In this document: piece by piece, positions 9,737 to 18,700 of the stretch
Position numbering within the stretch: the first letter of the stretch is position 1
How the letters are laid out: every line of letters begins with the position of its first letter
Source: Pelagomonas calceolata
Lineage: Eukaryota
NCBI GenBank assembly: GCA_918797485.1
Contig: CAKKNE010000005.1
Coordinates: forward strand, 3,224,001 to 3,288,000
Direction: 5' to 3'
DNA: 64,000 bases
Position numbers and translations under genes: made by a program
The notes under the pieces: generated by a model
Seen by the model: the letters and a program-made list of their open reading frames with translations, nothing else
Database searches by the model: none
Told to the model about the DNA's origin: nothing

Positions 9737-11170
9737 TTAATCGAAAAAGTCGGCCGCGCCCCGGCGGCCGTTGCGTTTCGCGCGCTTCGGCTCCGGCGCG
9801 CCACCGGCGTCGCCGGGCGCCGCGTGGCCCGTGGCCTTGATGAAGCCCTGGATGCTCATCGGTCCGCCGCGGGTCTGAGCCGGCGCGGCCTCGCGCACGC
9901 GCCGCGTCGGTGCCGAGGCCGGCGGCTCGACGTAGGCCTTCGGCGGCTCGCCCGTGCGCGGCGGCGGCGCGCCCGGGCGGTCGGGCCTCGTCATCCACGC
10001 GGGGCGGTTGTCGACGCCGCGCCCCCGGCCCGAGGGCGCCGCGGCCGGCGGCGGCGCGGGCGGCGGCGCCACAGGCGCGGGCGTGGCGCCGCCGCTGGTC
10101 ATCCAGGCGGGCCGGTTGTCCACGCCGCGGCCGCGGCCCGCCGGCGCCGCAGGTGGCGTCGCCGAGAAGCCGCGGCGCTGCCGCGGCGGCGCCTCCGCCG
10201 GCGGCCCGACGCCGGCGCGGCGGGCGCGCTCCTGCGCCTGCGCCGGCGGTCCGACGCCGGCGCGGCGGCCGCGTTCCTGCGTCTCCGCCGGCGGCCGCGG
10301 CGCCGCCTTCGCGACGCGGTCGATGTAGGCGAGCTCCTGGACGGAGAACGCGGCGCCCGACCGGCCCTCGGAGCTCGGCCGCGGCGGCGCCGAGACGACC
10401 TCGACCTCGCGCGCGGGCGACGGCGACGGGTCGACGCGCCGCGAGGAGACGGAGGGCGACGGCGAGGGGTCGCGCCGCGCGGGCCGCGCGCCCGTGGGCC
10501 AGAGCTCGCAGCGCAGGCCGCGGCCGTCGAAGGTGCGGCCGTGCATGGCGACGCAGCACTTGCGCGCGGCGTCGACGGCCGTGAACGAGATCAATAAAGC
10601 GCCCGCGTCCGGGCCGCGCAGCACACACTCCGCGTCGAGGACGCGGCCGAAGCGCTGGCACTCGCGGCCGAACTCCGTCTCGATGGACGCGTCCCGTTCC
10701 GTCGTCTTTGTGGCGTCGAAGACGTTCGCGACGAGGGCCTTGGGGCAGTCCGCGGGCGCGCTGTAGTCGCCGGCCTGGACGACGTCCGTGGGCGGCAGCT
10801 CCTTGCCCCAGGCCTTGGCCGCCGCCGCGGCGAGCTCGCGCTGCGACCGCGGCGCCTCCTCCTTGGGCTTGGGCGCGCGCCGCGGCTGCGAGAACTGCGC
10901 CTCGCTCACGGAGATGGTGTAGCAGCCGAGGCCGCCCTGGTCGACGTCCATATCATCTAGCATAGCGACGGCGTCCGCGGCGACGTCGCGGTCGCGCTTG
11001 GCCTCGAAGACCACGAGCGCGTCGCCCTTCGGGACACCGCCCGCGTCTCTGTAAACCTTGATTTTTTTTATCTTGCCCGCCTTCTTGCAGATGTCCTCGA
11101 CCTGAATGTTGCCGATGCTCGTCGGCAGGCCCTGGATGTAGATGGCGGCGGGTTTGAGGCGGTCGTCCAT
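9737..11170 (-). CDS. RRM/UHM splicing factor (HTATSF1/Tat-SF1-like) with Pro/Arg-rich tail
   Basis: IYIQGLP...KIKVYRD...KGDALVVF...ISVSEAQF; second RRM ECQRFGRV...MHGRTFDGR; two GRGRGVDNRPAWMT repeats. Confidence 0.75.
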   Translation of the reverse strand: MDDRLKPAAIYIQGLPTSIGNIQVEDICKKAGKIKKIKVYRDAGGVPKGDALVVFEAKRDRDVAADAVAMLDDMDVDQGGLGCYTISVSEAQFSQPRRAPKPKEEAPRSQRELAAAAAKAWGKELPPTDVVQAGDYSAPADCPKALVANVFDATKTTERDASIETEFGRECQRFGRVLDAECVLRGPDAGALLISFTAVDAARKCCVAMHGRTFDGRGLRCELWPTGARPARRDPSPSPSVSSRRVDPSPSPAREVEVVSAPPRPSSEGRSGAAFSVQELAYIDRVAKAAPRPPAETQERGRRAGVGPPAQAQERARRAGVGPPAEAPPRQRRGFSATPPAAPAGRGRGVDNRPAWMTSGGATPAPVAPPPAPPPAAAPSGRGRGVDNRPAWMTRPDRPGAPPPRTGEPPKAYVEPPASAPTRRVREAAPAQTRGGPMSIQGFIKATGHAAPGDAGGAPEPKRAKRNGRRGAADFFD

Positions 11171-11646
11171 GGTTTGCTGTGCAGCTCTCCGAGGAGCGCA
11201 AGGCAGCAGCGGGCAGCAGTAGTGCTGGACGGCTGGGCACGGCAGCTATTTGCACAAATGTGCCAGCACGCTGCAAGCAAAGCTCGTGAAATCGCGCGTG
11301 GGCCCGCGAAACCCGTTTTTTCTCCCGCCGGAGGCGGGCTTCTTCGCGCGAAACCGACTCGTCTGCAGCCGGGGGGATGTATCTATGCGTCGTCGTGTCA
11401 AAGTGATGCTCGATCCCCAACAACCAATCCCCAACAGCCAACAACCAACAACAGACGGAACACGGGACGACTCTGCTAACATGTTGCAGGTGGTTGCCCG
11501 TGTGAGTGAAGCGTGCGCAGCAAAACTGCACTAAACGACACCACCAATCCCTAAGCTGTGCACGCGAGAGGCTGCCCCAGTGCAGTCTGCTCCCTGTGAA
11601 AGGGCTGCCCCAGTGCAAGGTAGTTCTGCGACGCAAAGCTGCCAAA

Positions 11647-14600
11647 ATGCAGCCCATGCTCCTCGCCTTCCTTCTGAGCATCGCCGCCGCCGATGCGCTA
11701 GGTGTGGAGGTGGGCGGCGGCGGCGGCAGCGGCGGCTACTCGCAGATTGCAAAGCTGATGGCAGATGACGCCGCGGCGGACGACAATCTCGGCTACTTCG
11801 TGGCGATCGACGGAGATTTCGTCGTCGCCGGGGCCAGGGAACATTACTGGGGCCTCAATCCCGAGAATGGCTCTGCGTATGTCTTCCGTACGACTGACGG
11901 CGGCCAAACGTATGGCCAGGTGGTCAAGCTGATGCCCTCCGACAGCGAAGGGGGCGACAAATTTGGCGAAATCGTCGGGATCGATGGGGACACCATCGTG
12001 GTCTCGGCCGGCTACAAGGACGGCGGCGACGAGTGCTACCAGTACGGCTATCAGGAAACAGGCGCAGATTGTGAACAAGGCGCAGTCTACATCTTCCGCA
12101 CGAGCAACGGCTGGGGCACGTACACAGAGACCAAGCTGACGGCAGCTGACGGCGCCGCCGAAGACAATTTCGGCCGCTCCGTGGCGATCGAAGGCAATAC
12201 GGTCGTGGTCGGGGCCCAAGGCGTGGACGACGCCGGCCTATCCTCGGGCGCGGTCTACGTCTTTACCACGAGCGATGGTTGGAACACCTACACGGAGAAC
12301 AAGCTGACGGCCTCAGACGCCGCGGAGTCCGATAACTTCGGCTGGTCGGTGGCAATCGCCGGCGGGGTTGTCGTCGTTGGCGCCTACGGCGTCAACACAC
12401 AAACGGGGGCGATCTACGTCTTCCGCACGAGCGACGGCTGGAACACGCACACAGAGATCAAGCTGACGGCCTCCGACGCCGCTTCAGGCGACCAATTCGG
12501 CCTCTCCGTGGCGATCGACGGCAACACCGTCGTGGTCGGGGCCCGCTTAGACGACGATGACGGCTCCGGCTCGGGCTCGGTCTACGTCTTCCTCACGAGC
12601 GACGGTGGCGCCTCGTACGACGAGGTGGCCAAGCTCAAGGCTCACAACGCCGCGGAGAATGACTACTTCGGCGGCTCCGTGGCGATCGACGGCGGCACGA
12701 TTGCGGTCGGAGCCTACCGCAAGGGAAGCAAGAAGGGTAGTTATGTGGGTGCGGCCTACATCTTCTCCAGCGACGACGGCACTCATTATGACCAGATCGC
12801 CAACCTAACGGCCGCCGACGCCGCGGCGAACGCAAATTTCGGTAGCTCCGTGGCCATCGCCGACGGGAAGGTCGTCGTTGGGGCCGCCGAGGACGACGAC
12901 GGCGGCACCGATTCAGGCGCGGTCTACATCTTCGCGACGCCGAGCCCATCACCGCTGCCGACGCCGTTGCCCACGCCGATACCAACCCCACTACCCTCGA
13001 CGGCCGCCCCGTCGCCGGCGCCGTCGCCGCTACCCTCGACGGCCGCCCCGTCGCCGGCGCCGTCGCCGCTACCCTCGACGGCCGCCCCGTCGCCGGCGCC
13101 GTCGCCGCTACCCTCGACGGCCGCCCCGTCGCCGGCGCCGTCGCGATTGCCGTCGCCGGCGCCCTCCGAGGCGCCCACGAGCGAGCCCTCGCCTTCTCCG
13201 ACGACGGCCGCGCCGAGCGTGGTGCCGACCTCTGGACCGGCCCCCCAGCCTACACCTAGACCGACGCCCGAGCCGTCGCCGAGGCCTACCCCCAGACCGA
13301 CGGCGGAACCCTCCGCCGCGCCCAGCCGCGTGCCGACGTCGCGGCCCACGGCCGTCCCGACCAATTATACGGCACCCGTCGAGGAAGAAACGCACGAGGA
13401 GCTGGCCGAGGACGGCGCGACGGCGGTGACCACCGCCGTCGTCGTGACGGTCGCGACGTCGACGGCCGCCGCCGTGGCGGGCGCCACGGGCGCCAGCGCC
13501 GGAGGGGCCGCCGCGGGCGCCGGCGGGGCCGCCGCCGCGGGCGGCGCCAGTGGCGGCGGCGCCGGGGCCGGCACGACGTCCGCGGGCGCCGCGGGCGAGC
13601 TCCTGAGCGTCATCGCCCAGGTCCAGTTCGTCGTCCTGACCGCCTCGCTGTCGGCGCCGCTCACGTCGGGCGTCCGCGTCCTCGGCAATTCGCTGCGCTG
13701 GTCGCTGTTCCAGGTAAACCTGCCGATCATCCCCCGGTTCGGGAAGCGCTTCGTCGAGGCGCCGGCGGAGCGCCGGCGCCTCGATGAGGCCGAGGACGCG
13801 GAGGCGCTCGAAGAAAACGAGGTCGAAGCGGAGGACGGCGTCGGCTCCTACCTCGCGGCGACGGGGCGGTCCGCGGAGGAGCTCTTCGTGCAGACGATCA
13901 TCGGCGGCCTCGTCTTCGCGATGCTGTACCTCGCGGTCCTCACGCTCCTGAACGACTGGTACGCGCGGCGCCACGACGGCGAGGAGCTGCCCGGGCACCT
14001 GCGGCCGCCGGCCCCGGAGATCGCGCTGTTCTTCGTCTATTCGACCGGCGCGCTCCAGACGTCGTTCTTCATCCTGGCGCTGCCGGACCCGACGGCCGTG
14101 TGGAAGACGCTGGCCGTCGTCCTCGCGCTCGTCATCCTGGGCATCGGCGCGCCGATCATGCTCCTAGTGCTCAACCCCGTCGAGGAGAACAAGCTGTGCT
14201 CGTGGCGCGCGCGGCAGCGCATCGTGCACATCGTCTCGCCGCGGACCCCCATGCTCCAGCAGTCCGGCGGGCACGGCGCGTTCTTCGAGAGCCCGCGCCG
14301 GCCGGCGCCGGGCGGCGCGCCGCCGGACCCCGAGCTGCCCGATGGGACGCTCTCGTCCGTGCGGCGCGACGTGCAGGCGTCGTCGACGCGGATGAGCGAC
14401 GACGGACGCGTGGTCTTCGTGCTCGCCGACCCGGAGGTGGCGACGTGGCGGGACCGGTGGCGGCGGATGTGGCGCGACCCGCAGCACACGCTCGGGGAGT
14501 GGCAGGGCGTGGACGGCGCCTACGCGTCGTGGCTCGTGGCGTCGTTCCCGATCGCCTTCGACCGCCTGACGCACGCCGTGTCGTTCCTGTTGTTCGAGTT

Positions 14601-15723
14601 CACCGTGGACAAGATTCTGGTGCTCGTGCTCATCGTGGCGCTAAGAGGTCAGGCGTCCAAGACGCAGGTGGCCCTGCTCCTCACTTTGATGGTCGTCCGG
14701 GGCCTCTTCATCTTCTTCTTCCTGCCCTTCAATTCCATGTTCGTGAACATCCGCGAGACCGTGGTCAACGCGCTCCGATGCGTCGCGCTCGCCGTGCCCC
14801 TCGTCGCGATGGCGGACCCCGAGTTGCTGTCGTTGAACAAGGCCTCGGAGATCGCCATCCTGCTGCACGTCATCGCGACGCTCCTCTCGTGCGCGCTGCA
14901 GCTGCTGGCGACGGCGGCGGCCAGCGTGGCGCTGTGGTGCGAGGAGGGCTCGGGCGCGCACGCGAAGGGCGGCGCCGCGGCGCGCCTGTCGTCCGCGGCC
15001 GCGGTCTGCGCCGCGGAGGCGATGCTCGAGCCGTTTTTGACGTACAAAACGGCGTTTCAGGACGCGCGGGACGCGGAGCCGCGACCGTCCGTACGAGAAG
15101 CGCACGACATAGCCCTCCATGCAGCATTTCCGGAAGTCGTCGGCACGGAGGGCGAGAGCCTCACCGAGGCGGCCATCGGGAGCTTCGTCGCCGCCATCGT
15201 GTGCGAGAAACTGCCCGAGAAGGACCCCGCGTTCCTCGCGCTCCCGCGCCCGGAGCTCGAGGAGTACGCGGCGTACGCCGTGTCCGTGGCCGTGGGCCGC
15301 GTCTTCGGGCGCGCGGTCAAGTACGTCGAGCGCGGCGGCGACATCGCCACGCTTGCGGGGCCAGGGGCGGCCGCGGGCGGCGACGAGCCGCCGCGCCTCG
15401 TGTACTACCACGACCCGATCCTCCAGCGGCTCTGGCGGCCCTTCACGATGACGGAGACGTCGCGCTCCTTCAAGAAACGGAAAGAGGAGCCGTCGCCACC
15501 CGCCGGGGCGGCCGACGAGGCGGCTGCCCACGCGTCGGTCGTCGCGGTGGACGCGACGAAGCCCGACGCCGACGACGCCGCACCGGCGGCGGCTCCGCCC
15601 GACGCCGGCGAGGTCGGGTGGTTTGGCCGCCTGCGCCGACGTCTCGCGGGCGACCCGGACGTCGTCGAGGTGAGCGTCGAGGGCTTCTCCGAGTCCGAGG
15701 ACGAAGTCGAGAACTTGTGGTGA
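11647..15723 (+). CDS. Cell-surface protein: signal peptide, FG-GAP beta-propeller, Pro/Ser/Thr stalk, multi-pass TM region
   Basis: About seven KLTAxDxAxxDxFGxSVAIxGxTVVVGA...GAVYVF repeats, a PSPAPS stalk and several hydrophobic helices; ATG at 11647. Confidence 0.88.
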   Translation: MQPMLLAFLLSIAAADALGVEVGGGGGSGGYSQIAKLMADDAAADDNLGYFVAIDGDFVVAGAREHYWGLNPENGSAYVFRTTDGGQTYGQVVKLMPSDSEGGDKFGEIVGIDGDTIVVSAGYKDGGDECYQYGYQETGADCEQGAVYIFRTSNGWGTYTETKLTAADGAAEDNFGRSVAIEGNTVVVGAQGVDDAGLSSGAVYVFTTSDGWNTYTENKLTASDAAESDNFGWSVAIAGGVVVVGAYGVNTQTGAIYVFRTSDGWNTHTEIKLTASDAASGDQFGLSVAIDGNTVVVGARLDDDDGSGSGSVYVFLTSDGGASYDEVAKLKAHNAAENDYFGGSVAIDGGTIAVGAYRKGSKKGSYVGAAYIFSSDDGTHYDQIANLTAADAAANANFGSSVAIADGKVVVGAAEDDDGGTDSGAVYIFATPSPSPLPTPLPTPIPTPLPSTAAPSPAPSPLPSTAAPSPAPSPLPSTAAPSPAPSPLPSTAAPSPAPSRLPSPAPSEAPTSEPSPSPTTAAPSVVPTSGPAPQPTPRPTPEPSPRPTPRPTAEPSAAPSRVPTSRPTAVPTNYTAPVEEETHEELAEDGATAVTTAVVVTVATSTAAAVAGATGASAGGAAAGAGGAAAAGGASGGGAGAGTTSAGAAGELLSVIAQVQFVVLTASLSAPLTSGVRVLGNSLRWSLFQVNLPIIPRFGKRFVEAPAERRRLDEAEDAEALEENEVEAEDGVGSYLAATGRSAEELFVQTIIGGLVFAMLYLAVLTLLNDWYARRHDGEELPGHLRPPAPEIALFFVYSTGALQTSFFILALPDPTAVWKTLAVVLALVILGIGAPIMLLVLNPVEENKLCSWRARQRIVHIVSPRTPMLQQSGGHGAFFESPRRPAPGGAPPDPELPDGTLSSVRRDVQASSTRMSDDGRVVFVLADPEVATWRDRWRRMWRDPQHTLGEWQGVDGAYASWLVASFPIAFDRLTHAVSFLLFEFTVDKILVLVLIVALRGQASKTQVALLLTLMVVRGLFIFFFLPFNSMFVNIRETVVNALRCVALAVPLVAMADPELLSLNKASEIAILLHVIATLLSCALQLLATAAASVALWCEEGSGAHAKGGAAARLSSAAAVCAAEAMLEPFLTYKTAFQDARDAEPRPSVREAHDIALHAAFPEVVGTEGESLTEAAIGSFVAAIVCEKLPEKDPAFLALPRPELEEYAAYAVSVAVGRVFGRAVKYVERGGDIATLAGPGAAAGGDEPPRLVYYHDPILQRLWRPFTMTETSRSFKKRKEEPSPPAGAADEAAAHASVVAVDATKPDADDAAPAAAPPDAGEVGWFGRLRRRLAGDPDVVEVSVEGFSESEDEVENLW
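12991..13143 (+). repeat. 39-nt coding tandem repeat x~4 (LPSTAAPSPAPSP)
   Basis: CTACCCTCGACGGCCGCCCCGTCGCCGGCGCCGTCG starts at 12991, 13030, 13069 and 13108. Confidence 0.92.
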
Positions 15724-15785
15724 GTGGCCACATTGTGTCGCCACAGTCGTCCGCCCGTCGCCCCCGATAAGTACAGTCTTAAGTC

Positions 15786-18700
15786 TTAGAACCCCGCGTT
15801 CCGCGCCCGCCCGCGCAGCGCGAGCAGCACGACGATGGCCGCCGAGTAGAGGAACATGTAGAAGAGCGACGGCGTGATCACGAGGGCCTTGCCGAAGACG
15901 CCCGCGGTGCACCGGTCCATCAGCGACGGCTTGGCCTTAGCTTTGGTCACGCTCTTGTGGAAGAACATGGCTGCCGACGGCACGGCCGTCAGCGAGAGGA
16001 AGACGAAGCTCATGACGACGCCGAGCCAGCGCTCGATCTCGTCGAAAGGTTTTTTCGCCGTGCCGATTCTGACTAATCCAACGACGATCGACGACGACAG
16101 CATGACCATCATGGTCAGGACCCACAATTTGGCGGTCGTGATTGCATTGATGGAGTCGAAGGACGCCCACCTGCTCGCATCCTTGGCCGCGAACAGAATC
16201 TTCCAGCTGTCCTGGGTGCCCTGGAAGATGGCTAATGTATGGAGCGGCGCCGTCACGAAGAACATCTGCTGAGCCCGCAATAAACCGAGTTTGTCGGGCG
16301 CCTGGTTGTTCTCGAGGGGCGCCCACGCCGCGATGTGCCCATATATGTAGTTCATGTGCACCTCGACCCAGAGCCCGCCGATCGTCAACGTCACCGCGTC
16401 GTACGTCAAAGCCGACGGGTCCGGCGCCATCGTCATGACGCAGGGGATCGCGAGCCAGAAGTAGGCCGTCTGGGACGAGAAGAAGTACGTGATGTTCTCG
16501 AACATGATGAGGTTGGCGCCGATGCGCGGATTGTTGAACGACGCGACGCTCATGAGGACCATATATATACCGTAACACACGAAGATCGGGTCGCTGATCA
16601 GACCGACCTGTGTGGAAATCAGTGAATCGGGTGCATTCAGATAATTCTTCACTAAGTCCTTTCTCGGCGAGAACGCGGCCGTGCTGACTGAATCGAGCAG
16701 TGGGAGACCACAAGGCCACGCCATCGAGCCGATTGCGTCGATGGCGTGGATGTCATGATTGAGTGGCGGACGCGCCGCGACAATTTGATTTATGCACTGA
16801 GACAGGCAGTCGGGCCCAGGCGGCACCACTGATCGTCCTTGTCGACACCCAGCGTCGCCCACATTTTTGATGAGTACTTCGTGCGGTGGCACTTATCTAA
16901 CCGCGTGGCTTGGAAGTAGATGACCGTGGCCATGATGGGCGCGACGACGAAAAACAAGACCAGCCACGGGTAGAGGTAGCGATGCAGGGGGAACCAGAAC
17001 GACGTCCAGGAGAGCTGCACCGCGCCCTTCGACCAGCGGAACACGGCGGCCACGTAGTCCGCCGTGCCCTTCCTCGCGCCTAATACTAATCTCTTGAACA
17101 GGTAGACGCCCTTCCGGCCGGCGACGATGGCCTCGTGCGACGACGCCGTGTCCTCGATCATCGTTTCTTCGTTAAATTTGTGCGCCAATGGCGTCGTGGC
17201 ATCCAACAATGGGTAGTTCCAGACGGCGTTCGTGCCGCAGCTCGTGATCGCGCCGACGCCCGTCCGCACGGTGTTGGCCATTCTAAATAAATACTCGTTC
17301 CTCATGTCAAAAAAGTCCTCGCGGATCGACAGACCCGTGAACGTCTGCGGGAGCTGCACGAACGCGACCTTGGGGTTGATCTCGAGCTCAGCTGACCACG
17401 GGTTGTTCGGATTCGTATATCTATAAAACTGGGGCACAATCGAATCCCAGAAGCCCTCGAGCGCCATGTGCCGACAGTCAAAAATCGCAAATAGTAAATG
17501 ACCGACCTGCTTCGCGTCGGCCGCGTCCCGCGAGTAGTCCCGCCGCTTCCTTACTCTCCTCATCGTCCGCGAGTAGTGGTGCAGGTACCCATTAACCACC
17601 GCGACGGCGTGGTTCATGCCTCCCGACTTCCCGCGGCACTCGCGGAGCGGCTCGACGACGTCGATCGGCAGCACGGCCTCGAAGTCCCGTTTTTTGGCTT
17701 CATGGATCGACGCCTTGCCCCTTTCTATAATGCGCGAGTCCCGCTTCTCTTCACTAAGACAGCAGAGCGTCTCCATACATCCGCTCGACCCTCTCCAGTG
17801 AAAGGCGGCGTCGGGCATGGCCGCGAGCAGTTCCGGCGTGCACTCCTTCAATTTAACATGTTTGACGCCGTCGATGGACGCGAAGCCCACGACGCGCGCG
17901 TGGCACCGCCGCGCTTCCGGGTACGTCAGCATTCTTTGAGATGTCTTGCAGATTAATGCACTGGAAGACGTCTCATCTTTCAAGCGCACGAACGTGTCCA
18001 CCCTGACACCCCGCACCTCCCTTACTTTAAATCCCGAGGCCCTCTTGATGTCCTCGGGGTTGGCCCGCGCCGAATAGCACATGACTACGGTCCTGAACAA
18101 GTCTCCCCGTTCCCCGGCGTCCGAGTAATAATGGACCTCGGCCGTGCGGAACTGCGTGAAGTCGAACCGCTTCGGCCACTTCGTCCGACCCTGCTCGTTA
18201 TACAACTCGTACCACGCGTCCCAGACCCTCCTACTGATAGCGGCGTCGTCCATGGGCGCGACGCCCGGCGAGAAGGGGTGCAGGCCCTTCTTCCTGGCCG
18301 TCTTCCAGTTCTTCGCCCAGGTTCTTAAACACCGCTCCGCGTCCTCGTTGCCCGCGAGGTCGCACATGCCGACCACTTTCACCTGCGGGTCGCTGTACCA
18401 GAAGCAGTGGTGGCCCAGCGCATTTAATAAATCGAAGCAGTAGAAGGCCAGCTCCAATTGCTGCGCGTCCTCGCGGGAAACGCCGTAGTCGCCGATCAGA
18501 CTCCTGAGCGAATCGTCCAGCAGCACCCCTGACTCTAATTCCTTATCTAAGGTGTCTACCGACGCATCCATGTCCTTCATCTTCTCGGCCATCTTCGCGA
18601 GGAAGCGCAAATCACCATGATCGACCACATTGGCAAACGCCGCCCAGAGAGCAAAGGCCCCAACCCGATGGCCCTCGTCCTGGAAGATGTCGATCATCTC

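Noticed and set aside
9563..9840. ORF-track C-terminus of the 8410 ORF overlapping the next gene
   Set aside because: Produced by reading through the introner; the spliced frame stops at 9707 with no overlap.
14100..15770. Long alternative-frame and antisense ORFs (e.g. 14100-15770, 22169-23485, 25198-26529, 9467-10597)
   Set aside because: Arg/Ala/Pro-rich shadows of GC-rich coding sequence, with no domain motifs, overlapping well-supported genes.
15786..16892. Separate 368-aa membrane protein
   Set aside because: It is the last exon of the GH45-GT2 gene; its apparent N-terminus is intron and out-of-frame sequence.
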